A DNA stretch of 49,950 nucleotides from Lysobacterales bacterium. GTDB lineage: Bacteria; Pseudomonadota; Gammaproteobacteria; Xanthomonadales; Marinicellaceae. Under the pieces are notes generated by a model that searched no databases, was not told the DNA's origin, and saw only the letters and a program-made list of their open reading frames with translations. A program made the translations under genes and the position numbers. Of this stretch, positions 17,692 to 26,210 are shown piece after piece (positions within the stretch are counted from its first letter, which is position 1; every line of letters starts with the position of its first letter). Location of the stretch: assembly GCA_026990095.1 (NCBI GenBank), contig JALSIL010000475.1:1-49950 (forward strand), in the 5' to 3' direction.

Positions 17692-18030
17692 TTAGCTAGC
17701 TTAAATTATCAATCCCTTTATTTAAGGATACTAAAATATTAAATATTTTTATAATGCAAGGCCTTAGAATGATGCCTCCATTTAATAATAATGGGTACTT
17801 ATCCTATTGTTTTGAAATTGCTTTTTAAGCACCATTCTTAAATGTACCTTAGTGCAATGTTTTAAAGTGATTTCTTTATTATTCTCATTAATCTTAAATA
17901 ATTAATTTAAAAACTGACTTTATGTTGACGTCTTCATTTACGCTTATCAAGAAACAAGGTGGTTTATTATTTGATCATTATAGCGTATAATAGACCTAGT
18001 GAATAAAACTAGGATTCGGAGTAATCAAAA

Positions 18031-18633
18031 ATGAGTTCAATAAAAAAACATCAGAAAGATAATACCCTATCGCCAAAACGAAGGGCTATAATTAAAGGTT
18101 CCGCCACTGCAGTGCCATTGGTCCTAACATTACGAAGCGGCGCCGCATTTGCTGCTACTAGTGCTACTGCCTGTGTTGTTAATACCCAGAATTTTCTTAA
18201 AAACAACCCGGACAGTAAACCAGTAACCCTCCTGGAAAACGGTCAATCAGAAACAATATCCTATGTTAGGGTTTTGACAACGGGACGTGTTCTTGAGGAA
18301 ATTAATGTGGCTCCCGGGGCTACCCCGGAAACTCTTGCCGTATTTTTGGATCCTAACTCCCCATATCCAGATGGATCAATCGCTCGATGGTACAATGTTG
18401 AAGAAAACAACATGTCTATGACCTATTATACGAATGCACAGGGATCAGTACGCATGGTTAATCAATCTGGCACAAAGACATACAGAGTTACAGAAGAACA
18501 AACTGATTGCGCAGTTTTATGCTATGTTAATGCTGATGGCAAGCCTTACAGCCCACCGGTTTATGGAAGTGCACCAGGTGATGGTACATTTCCTTTCGCA
18601 ACAACATCTTGCATGGCGTCAATTACTGGATAA
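18031..18633 (+). CDS. Hypothetical exported protein with Tat-like signal peptide, 4 Cys in the mature part
   Basis: SPKRRAIIKGSATAVPLVLTLRSGAAFA|AT shows a twin-Arg, an h-region and AxA. GGAG lies about 10 nt upstream of the ATG, and a perfect TATAAT sits at 17986-17991. I recognise no family. Confidence 0.6.
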   Translation: MSSIKKHQKDNTLSPKRRAIIKGSATAVPLVLTLRSGAAFAATSATACVVNTQNFLKNNPDSKPVTLLENGQSETISYVRVLTTGRVLEEINVAPGATPETLAVFLDPNSPYPDGSIARWYNVEENNMSMTYYTNAQGSVRMVNQSGTKTYRVTEEQTDCAVLCYVNADGKPYSPPVYGSAPGDGTFPFATTSCMASITG

Positions 18634-18881
18634 TTTGTATTTGACACAAAATAAAAGTATAACAGCAGTAAGTTTTCCACCCTGTAACCATCAATTCGCT
18701 GCCTTTATTTGCAGCGGATTGAAACCTTTTCAGCAGCGATTCGGTTTTTGTTAAACCCCCTCTCAATTCCTGTATCCAATAGTTGATTGCGAATTTAAGC
18801 AAGGTAATCTACACTTTACTTTTACTTCAGTTATTGTCATTTCTTAAACTTGAATTATTGGAGATAAGTTTTTAGTCCTTT

Positions 18882-19190
18882 ATGCATGAAGTGAAGAAAC
18901 AAATCCAATCTCGTAAATGGAGCGTTCCCCAAAATACCACCTTGCTTATTAAGCAGCGGCAAGATAGTGCAATTGTTTTTCATTCAAAATCCGGAGAAAC
19001 ACACCAGCTTAATGATATTGGAATAGCGGCATTACTGATCATTCAGCAACACCCTGTTTCGCTGAACGATCTAGCCGATCAAATTAATAAGCTTTACGAG
19101 GTCGAAACCCCATCTGAGTTAACTGTCCGGCTGCAGCGACTGGTAAAAGATTTTGAAATACTTGGTCTAATAGAACCATTCAAAGAATGA
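18882..19190 (+). CDS. PqqD-family peptide chaperone / RiPP-recognition-element-like protein ('HPr-rel-A system' type)
   Basis: 102 aa. SGETHQLNDIGIAALLIIQQHPVSLNDLADQINKLYEV...RLVKDFEILGLIE follows the PqqD winged-helix pattern. An ATGA overlap links it to the next gene. Confidence 0.7.
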   Translation: MHEVKKQIQSRKWSVPQNTTLLIKQRQDSAIVFHSKSGETHQLNDIGIAALLIIQQHPVSLNDLADQINKLYEVETPSELTVRLQRLVKDFEILGLIEPFKE

Positions 19191-20104
19191 AATTGAGTCA
19201 CTATTCAGTACCCGAACTGCTTAAAAAAGCATCAAGTAATAATGGAATAATATTACTTGTCGGGCCATTTTCAGTACGCCTTCGTACCCGTAACCACCAA
19301 TTAGTGAGTAATCTTCGTGACCTTTACCAGGACTTTTCAACCTGCTCAGTCAAAAATCAAATTGTTGATTTTCACATTGATATGTTTTCTCCATCAAATC
19401 ATCGTCGCTGGATAAAACCGCAAATTAATTTCAGCATTGATGGCTTATTCCCTTTCAGTCCTTTTTCTGTTTCTCATGCAACTCCCTTATTTGAGTGGGG
19501 GTTTAATTGGTGTATCGCCCGTAACGCACAAAATTTTCTATTACTCCATGCCGCTGTTCTTGAAAAAAACAACAAATCTTTAATTCTTCCAGCTCTGCCC
19601 GGTTCCGGGAAAAGCACCCTTGCAGCGGCACTAAGCCACTCCGGCTGGCGTTTTTTATCTGATGAATTTTGCATTATTCACCCTAGCGATGGGAAAATTA
19701 TCCCAATTCCCAGACCAACCCCATTAAAAAATGAATCCATCCAAATTATTCGTGATTTTTCTCCTGACACATTTATCGGACCGCTATTTCACAATACCCG
19801 TAAGGGAACCATTGGACATTTAAGATCACCAACTTCGGCAATTGAACAACAGCATAAACCAGGAACACCCCGTTGGATTATTTTTCCAAGATATCAATCA
19901 AGCTCAAAAACCACTTTAATGCCTTTGGATAAATCCTTTTCGCAGATGAAATTAGCTTCAAACGCGTTTAATTATGAAATTCAAAGTGAAGTGGGTTTCA
20001 AAACAGTGACCAGAATGGTTGATAATTGCGATTGCTATAATTTGACATTTAGTACTCTCAATTCCGCTATTTCCATACTCGACACCCTGGCTGATAATGT
20101 CTGA
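19187..20104 (+). CDS. HprK-related P-loop kinase ('HprK-related kinase A' type)
   Basis: LHAAVLEKNNKSLILPALPGSGKSTLAAALSHSGWRFLSDEFCII resembles the HPr kinase C-terminal domain: a Walker A followed by (L/V)SDE/D. Confidence 0.75.
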   Translation: MKLSHYSVPELLKKASSNNGIILLVGPFSVRLRTRNHQLVSNLRDLYQDFSTCSVKNQIVDFHIDMFSPSNHRRWIKPQINFSIDGLFPFSPFSVSHATPLFEWGFNWCIARNAQNFLLLHAAVLEKNNKSLILPALPGSGKSTLAAALSHSGWRFLSDEFCIIHPSDGKIIPIPRPTPLKNESIQIIRDFSPDTFIGPLFHNTRKGTIGHLRSPTSAIEQQHKPGTPRWIIFPRYQSSSKTTLMPLDKSFSQMKLASNAFNYEIQSEVGFKTVTRMVDNCDCYNLTFSTLNSAISILDTLADNV

Positions 20105-21203
20105 TAATTTTCATTCCGAAAAAAACTTTATATTTAATTTCCTGCAAAACCCGGAAATTTCTAACTCATACACCAAGCAACAGTGGTCCTTGCTGCTGAG
20201 AATAGCTAGAAACGCTAATATTCTCGCTCATATTGGTTGGCTACTAAAACTAAAAAACATTTTTGATGATGCCCCATCAAAAGTAAAAGACAATATCAAT
20301 GCCGCACAAACAATCGTTGAATATAGAAAACAAACTGCACTTTGGGAGCTAGATCGACTTCACCATGCATTAAATGGTATTGGCACTGATATTATTGCTC
20401 TAAAGGGCGGCGCTTATCTCATTGCGCAGCTGCCTTTTTCAGAAGCCAGAATGTTTGCCGATATAGATATCCTGGTCAAAAAAGAAAAAATTGAAATGAT
20501 TGAAGATATGCTACTCAAGCAGAGCTGGAAATCAATGAAAATGGACGATTATGATCAGAAATATTACCGAGAATGGTCGCATGAAATTCCACCACTTAGA
20601 CATATCGCACGCACCATAGAAGTTGATATCCACCACACAATTATACCGCCAACCAGCCGCTTAAACCCTGATCCACAAAAACTTCTGGCAGAAACAGTTG
20701 CCTCAAACGAAAATGGTTTTAAAACTCTTTCTTCTTATGACATGACATTGCATAGCGCAACGCATCTTTTTTATGATTCGGATCTGGATAACAAGCTGAA
20801 AGATCTAATTGATCTTGATCAACTTATCACTCACTTTTGCAAAAAAGAGAACGATTTTGTTAATAAATTGATAGTTCGTGCAGGCGAATTGGATTTACAG
20901 CGACCACTTTTTTATACGCTTTATTTCACACAAAAGCTGCTTGGGACAAAAATCACTGCCAATGAGTTAAAAAATTCCAAGAAAATTAGCGGCGTTTCCT
21001 TTCCTACTGTTATTTTAATGGATATTTTAGTTCCTTTAGCAATCTTACCTGAACATCCAGATTTTCCTAGACTTACAGTTCGATTTGCCAGATGGCTTCT
21101 TTATATTCGGTCACATTATTTGAGAATGCCTTTGAAACTTCTAATACCGCATCTGCTATACAAAAGCAAAACCCGCTGGGAAGCAAGCAAAAGTGCTGCT
21201 TAG
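20097..21203 (+). CDS. Nucleotidyltransferase family protein (PF14907 / NTP_transf_5-like)
   Basis: ALKGGAYLIAQLPFSEARMFADIDILVKKEKIEMIEDMLLKQSW fits the uncharacterised nucleotidyltransferase family pattern. Its start overlaps the kinase gene by 8 bp (ATGTCTGA). Confidence 0.7.
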   Translation: MSDNFHSEKNFIFNFLQNPEISNSYTKQQWSLLLRIARNANILAHIGWLLKLKNIFDDAPSKVKDNINAAQTIVEYRKQTALWELDRLHHALNGIGTDIIALKGGAYLIAQLPFSEARMFADIDILVKKEKIEMIEDMLLKQSWKSMKMDDYDQKYYREWSHEIPPLRHIARTIEVDIHHTIIPPTSRLNPDPQKLLAETVASNENGFKTLSSYDMTLHSATHLFYDSDLDNKLKDLIDLDQLITHFCKKENDFVNKLIVRAGELDLQRPLFYTLYFTQKLLGTKITANELKNSKKISGVSFPTVILMDILVPLAILPEHPDFPRLTVRFARWLLYIRSHYLRMPLKLLIPHLLYKSKTRWEASKSAA

Positions 21204-23089
21204 CTTGCACTCCTTAAAAATGATTCAAACATCAACAAACTCCAAATAGGTGCACTATAATCTTTGACGCCTGCCTGATGTTGGTCAACCATTTTTCTTA
21301 AAAACTTTTGATCGAACAAATTACTATCACTCATCGCAGCACCCAGTAACGATTCCCGAACTCGTTCCTTTAAGGGACCTCTAAACCAAGACGACAAGGG
21401 GATTGAAAAACCCATTTTAGGCCGATACAAAATATCCTCGGGCAAATATTTTTCCAGTGATTTTTTAAAAATATATTTTCCCTCCTTCCCATGCAGCTTT
21501 AATTCCGGCCTTAATCCGGCCATCCACTCCACAAGCTGGTGATCAAGAAGCGGAACTCTGACCTCTAGTGAGTGCGCCATACTAGCCCGATCTACCTTAG
21601 TTAAAATATCTCCAGGAAGATAGGTTTTGATATCCAGGTACTGCACCAAAGAAAGCGGATCGTTAACAGGTGCTTTTTCACTATGTCTTCTAAATACTTC
21701 AACAGCTTGATATCCTTGCAGCTGATTTTTCAAAGATGGGCTGAATAATTGCTTTCGCAGATCATCAGTCGAAATTGATACACTGTGAAAATAACCCGCA
21801 ACTGAATCACGAGCAATGGACTGAAATGTAGATTTAGCACGAAAAATCTTTGGCGCCCAATCAGCCTTTGGATAAATTTTCCCTAATGCTCCAAAGACTG
21901 GCTGCCTGATGGTATTTGGCAGCCAGGACCGCATCTGCTCTTCATAGGTATGCCAGCGATATCGCCGATAACCCGCAAGGTTTTCATCACCCCCATCACC
22001 AGAAAGCACCACAGTCACCTGTTTTTTTGCCAACTCGCAGACTCGATAAGTAGGAAGCGCAGAACTATCAGCATATGGCTCATCATATAAACTGGACAAC
22101 TTATCGATCAAACTATAGTCATCAGGATCAACCTGCTCTACTCGATGTTTAGTATGGTATTGTTGCGCTACCTTTTCAGCAAATTGTGACTCATTAAATT
22201 CGGGGTCACCAAATGAAATTGAACAAGTATTCACTGGATCCTGAGAATGCTGGGCCATCATAGCAACGACCGCACTGGAATCAACGCCCCCTGAAAGGAA
22301 AGCACCAAGAGGCACATCGGCAACCATACGAATTTTTACTGCTTCCTGAAGCCGCTCAATTAACTCATCCTGAATTTGATTTTCTTCTCCATGCTTATTG
22401 ACAGAAAAATTAACATCCCAATATTTTCTGGCAATCAAACCTTTTTTGCCGCGCTTTATCGTTAGAGAATAACCAGGTTCCAACTTATATACATTTTTGT
22501 AAATCGTTTTTGGATCAGGTATATAACCAAATCCAAAGTACTCTTCAATGGCAGTAGGTTCCAGCTCTTTAGAAAATTCAGGATGGGCAACTAATGACTT
22601 TAATTCCGAGCCAAAAATAAAATGCCCATTGGTAAGTTCAGTATAAAATAATGGCTTAATTCCCAGTCTGTCTCTGGCTAAAAAAAGAACATCTTTCATT
22701 CTATCCCAAATTGCAAAAGCAAACATCCCTCTTAATCGATCAACACACCTTTCACCCCACGCTTGCCACGCATACAAAATAACCTCTGTGTCACAATGGG
22801 TATTAAACACATAACCAAGTTTTTCGAGTTCAGCCCTCAATTCAGGAAAATTATATACCTCGCCGTTATATGTCAAAATTGCATTTCCATCTTGACTTAC
22901 CATTGGTTGCTGGCCATGCGATAAATCAATAATCGACAGACGCCGATGAGCCAGCCCTAAACCAGCTTCTGTATGGATTCCACCCTCATCTGGACCTCGA
23001 TGGAATTGAGTTTCATTCATTTTTGAAAGCAACTCACGATTAATTTCACGCTTTCCCTTTAGATCAAAAATTCCCGTTATTCCACACAT
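21200..23089 (-). CDS. XrtA/PEP-CTERM system amidotransferase (asparagine synthase paralogue 3)
   Basis: 629 aa. Motifs are MCGITGIFD...HRGPDE...RRLSIIDL, FLSGGVDSS, YDEPYADSSA and LSGDGGDENLAGY. It sits beside the locus-specific GT, as in XrtA loci. Confidence 0.85.
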   Translation of the reverse strand: MCGITGIFDLKGKREINRELLSKMNETQFHRGPDEGGIHTEAGLGLAHRRLSIIDLSHGQQPMVSQDGNAILTYNGEVYNFPELRAELEKLGYVFNTHCDTEVILYAWQAWGERCVDRLRGMFAFAIWDRMKDVLFLARDRLGIKPLFYTELTNGHFIFGSELKSLVAHPEFSKELEPTAIEEYFGFGYIPDPKTIYKNVYKLEPGYSLTIKRGKKGLIARKYWDVNFSVNKHGEENQIQDELIERLQEAVKIRMVADVPLGAFLSGGVDSSAVVAMMAQHSQDPVNTCSISFGDPEFNESQFAEKVAQQYHTKHRVEQVDPDDYSLIDKLSSLYDEPYADSSALPTYRVCELAKKQVTVVLSGDGGDENLAGYRRYRWHTYEEQMRSWLPNTIRQPVFGALGKIYPKADWAPKIFRAKSTFQSIARDSVAGYFHSVSISTDDLRKQLFSPSLKNQLQGYQAVEVFRRHSEKAPVNDPLSLVQYLDIKTYLPGDILTKVDRASMAHSLEVRVPLLDHQLVEWMAGLRPELKLHGKEGKYIFKKSLEKYLPEDILYRPKMGFSIPLSSWFRGPLKERVRESLLGAAMSDSNLFDQKFLRKMVDQHQAGVKDYSAPIWSLLMFESFLRSAS

Positions 23090-23092
23090 AGC

Positions 23093-24256
23093 TTATTTAT
23101 TTTTTGTCGCTGCTGAATCATAAACTTCGAGGTAGGAAGTAACCATTTTATTTAATGAGAACTGTTCCATAACCCGCTGCCGGGCATTGTGGCCCTGCTG
23201 CTCGCGCATCATATTATTCTCTAGATAGTTTGCAAGGCATTGTGCCATCATTATAGGGTTTTGCTTTTCCACCAAACTACCTGTTTCTCCTTCAATGACT
23301 AATTCAGGATTACCTCCAACATTAGTCGCAATAACTGGTAATCCTGTTGCCATTGCCTCTAGGATAGTATTGGAAATACCTTCGGCAGCAGAGGGTAAAA
23401 CAAAAATATCCAAGCATCGCATAATATCAGCAATATCGTCCCTTTTTCCCGGCAACCAAACAATCTCCTGTAAATTTTCATCTGCCAATAATTGTTCAGC
23501 TTTTAGCCTCAAAGGTCCTTCCCCAATAAGAATCAATCTCGCCTTTTTTTTAAGTTCAGGAAAATCCTTAAGTACTTTTATAAATGCACGCACTAATGTT
23601 AGTTGATCCTTAACACCATGCATTCTGCCTACACAACCAATATAAATTTCTTGCTTGTTAAAGGCAAAGGGACAATCCACTAAAGGCTGTTTTTTACCAT
23701 TAGAAGGATAAAAAATATTAGTATCAACGCCATTGCAAATTCTTGAAATTTTTTTAGGAGAAATTCCAACCTTATGTAATAAATATTCTTCCAATTCCTT
23801 GGACAGCGGGACAAATCGGTGAATAAATAAATTCAGAACCCGCCTAATCCATTGGTATTTTTTGTTTTCCCCGCGAGGATCAAACACATCCCAGCCATGT
23901 TCCCCGTGAACTCTAAATTTTATATGAGCAAGAAATGCAGGAATCTGATATTCAATAGCACCCAGATTACGAGTATGAAAAATTGACGGTTGAATTTCCT
24001 TTAACAATCGATATAACCTGACAAAAGACATCCAATCCTGGCCAGGTTGTTTGTGTAACTGGTAAATGTCAACATTATCTCGATTAAGCCTGGATTGGAA
24101 ATCTGTGCTGGTCGTCAAACAGATAATTGCATGCCGGTATTTATCTGAAGGCATGTTGTTAATTAAGTTAACAACGCCATTTTCCAGCCCACCAACCCCT
24201 AATTGATAAATGACATGGGCGATGAGCGGTGATTTTGTTTCGTATATTTGATTCAA
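23093..24256 (-). CDS. PEP-CTERM/XrtA system glycosyltransferase (GT4)
   Basis: The N-terminus IAHVIYQLGVGGLENGVVNLINNM and the C-terminal segment FVLPSAAEGISNTILEAMATGLPVIATNVGGNPELV support the call. Confidence 0.8.
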   Translation of the reverse strand: MNQIYETKSPLIAHVIYQLGVGGLENGVVNLINNMPSDKYRHAIICLTTSTDFQSRLNRDNVDIYQLHKQPGQDWMSFVRLYRLLKEIQPSIFHTRNLGAIEYQIPAFLAHIKFRVHGEHGWDVFDPRGENKKYQWIRRVLNLFIHRFVPLSKELEEYLLHKVGISPKKISRICNGVDTNIFYPSNGKKQPLVDCPFAFNKQEIYIGCVGRMHGVKDQLTLVRAFIKVLKDFPELKKKARLILIGEGPLRLKAEQLLADENLQEIVWLPGKRDDIADIMRCLDIFVLPSAAEGISNTILEAMATGLPVIATNVGGNPELVIEGETGSLVEKQNPIMMAQCLANYLENNMMREQQGHNARQRVMEQFSLNKMVTSYLEVYDSAATKNK

Positions 24257-24258
24257 AA

Positions 24259-25278
24259 TTATGCTAAATCTTTAGCCAACCAAGGACCAATTGTTTGACT
24301 CACGGCAAGCGGTAATCGCTTCCATGCAGAAATAAACATCTGATATTTTGGATTCAAGGGATTAATATCAGGAAGCGCATCAGTATTAACCAAATGAAAT
24401 TCGTAATACAATGGCTCTGGTTCAAAGCCCCAGTGTCTTTTAAATTTATAAGACCCTGTACCAATTTTGCTTCTGCCAAAATCAAAAATCTTAATACCTT
24501 TCGCTACAGCACGTCGCATCACTTCCCAATACATAAAATCATTAGCCTTAACCGCTCTGGCCTGTTCTGTTCCACCACCGTAATAAGGTAAAACCTGATC
24601 TCGAAAATAAAAATTCATGACACTGCTTACTAATTTACCATTATGCTCAATCGTTAAAATTTCGCATTGATCTTTAAAAATATCTTTTAATGCTTGAAAA
24701 TATTTTTTTGGTAAGACCGGTGTACCTAAATTTCTAACACTTTCTGAATATGCTGAAAAGAAACGGTCAATATTTTCATCCACAACGCTTATTAGGCCCG
24801 CTTTAATACCCTTTCTGACCATTGCCCTCTGTTTTCTTGGTATTGCTTGCAGATTTTTTTCTTCTTCTGGGTCCAATTCCTTCCGAAAAGTAACATACAA
24901 ATCTTTGAAAGGTCTATCCGGTGTCATTTGTACTTGATTTCTCATTTCCAAATGATCGACACCTAACTCGCCCGCTAATCGGCAGGCTTCCTTATCTAAC
25001 TTCTGAAAAGTTGCATCATCATCGGCAATAATTCCTCCATATACACAAAATGCATTTGAAACTAACGCATTGCCAAACAACAAACTTTTTACATGGACTA
25101 AAGGTAAAACTCCAGTTATTTTTCCATTTTCTTCAACATAAAGATAATACGTTGAATGTGAAAAAACTTTTTCAACAAGTTGTTTCCACCCTGACAAATG
25201 GAAAAAAGTTCCTTGCTCAGACTGCCGGACATAGTTGTCCCATCTTTCAAAGGACGATGAATCGAGTCTTTTGATCAT
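24259..25278 (-). CDS. FemAB-family protein, XrtA/PEP-CTERM system-associated
   Basis: 339 aa. GTFFHLSGWKQLVEKVF...LPLVHVKSLLFGNALVS...FKRHWGFEP is typical of FemAB-like/GNAT-fold peptidyl-transferase homologues in these loci. Confidence 0.8.
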   Translation of the reverse strand: MIKRLDSSSFERWDNYVRQSEQGTFFHLSGWKQLVEKVFSHSTYYLYVEENGKITGVLPLVHVKSLLFGNALVSNAFCVYGGIIADDDATFQKLDKEACRLAGELGVDHLEMRNQVQMTPDRPFKDLYVTFRKELDPEEEKNLQAIPRKQRAMVRKGIKAGLISVVDENIDRFFSAYSESVRNLGTPVLPKKYFQALKDIFKDQCEILTIEHNGKLVSSVMNFYFRDQVLPYYGGGTEQARAVKANDFMYWEVMRRAVAKGIKIFDFGRSKIGTGSYKFKRHWGFEPEPLYYEFHLVNTDALPDINPLNPKYQMFISAWKRLPLAVSQTIGPWLAKDLA

Positions 25279-25307
25279 TAAATTCTAACCCTGTAAATTG
25301 AAATATT

Positions 25308-26144
25308 TTATTTTTTAAGAAATATCGCGGCCATAGTGTCCCATTCAAAATCTTGCAAAAGACTAGAAATACGATTCTCCATTTTTGAAAGATTCAAGTA
25401 ATGACGAAACTTGGTTTTAAAAGAGAGTTGTTTCTGCCTTGGCTGGCCCGGATCAATTTCCCACGGATGAAAATAAAAAATTCCAGATTGTTTTTCTTTC
25501 AAATTAATAGTTTTGAATGCCCATTTTGAAAAAAAATAGGGATATAGCCTAAAAAACCCTCCTCCACCACAAGGCAGGTTTTTTTCAAAAATTCTTAGCG
25601 TAGTAATTGGTATTTCTTTAAAGTCTTTGTTATCTATGGGTTGATACATAAATCTCGGAGCATCAGGAATACCATATAAATCATGCTTAACCGGATAGAT
25701 ACTGGAACTATATTGATAGCCCGCCTCTTGCAGGACATCTAACGCCCAAAGATTCTTTGAAACAATCGAATAACTGGCAGCCCGATATCCTTTAACTTCA
25801 TGACCAGAAAAATCTTCCAGTAATTTTTTCGTTCTAGTGATGTCTTCACGAAATTCAATCTGCGTTTGTTCTGTTACTCTTATATGCTCATAGCCATGGC
25901 TGGCCAACTCATGCCCGTCACTAACAATTCTTTTGATTAAAGATGGATAACGTTCGGCAACCCAACCCAATGTGAAAAAAGTAGCCTTTATATCATTTTG
26001 GCTGAACAAATCCAGAATACGATTGGTATTGTTTTCTACCCTGTGAGGCAAACTATCCCATTGCTTTTTATCGATATAAGGTTCAAAAGCTGATACCTGG
26101 AAATAATCTTCCACATCGACTGTCATTGCATTTTTGGGTTTCAT
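25308..26144 (-). CDS. XrtA system polysaccharide deacetylase
   Basis: Motifs are MTVDVEDYFQVSAFEPYI and GHELASHGYEHIRV. It is 278 aa and sits in the conserved position between the ATPase and FemAB genes. Confidence 0.85.
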   Translation of the reverse strand: MKPKNAMTVDVEDYFQVSAFEPYIDKKQWDSLPHRVENNTNRILDLFSQNDIKATFFTLGWVAERYPSLIKRIVSDGHELASHGYEHIRVTEQTQIEFREDITRTKKLLEDFSGHEVKGYRAASYSIVSKNLWALDVLQEAGYQYSSSIYPVKHDLYGIPDAPRFMYQPIDNKDFKEIPITTLRIFEKNLPCGGGGFFRLYPYFFSKWAFKTINLKEKQSGIFYFHPWEIDPGQPRQKQLSFKTKFRHYLNLSKMENRISSLLQDFEWDTMAAIFLKK

Positions 26145-26210
26145 TTAGCGTTTTTTTATCTTATAAATAGATACATTAAGGAGGAGAAAGAGAAATTTAG
26201 ATGATACAAA

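Noticed and set aside
18635-18754. A 37-39-codon open frame (…LTQNKSITAVSFPPCNHQFAAFICSGLKPFQQRFGFC) in the gap between the Tat-signal gene and the PqqD-like gene, considered as a possible RiPP precursor.
   Set aside because: - It has only TTG starts and no Shine-Dalgarno sequence.
- It is the tail of a long overlapping alternative frame.
- It contains the GC-rich hairpin CGCTGC-N8-GCAGCG (18697-18716), which more likely acts as a weak terminator.
- It would be worth re-examining only if homologous gaps in other genomes conserve the peptide.
13313-19190. A lasso-peptide cluster, with the Cys-less AsnB homologue as cyclase, the PqqD-like protein as the B1 recognition element and the HprK-like protein as the tailoring kinase.
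   Set aside because: - No transglutaminase-like leader peptidase (B2) is present.
- No short precursor ORF with a Gly/Ser-1 ... Asp/Glu-7-9 core is present, and there is no ABC exporter.
- The AsnB paralogue is 3 kb away on the opposite strand, inside a sugar-modification sub-operon.
- Multiple AsnB paralogues are normal in XrtA loci.
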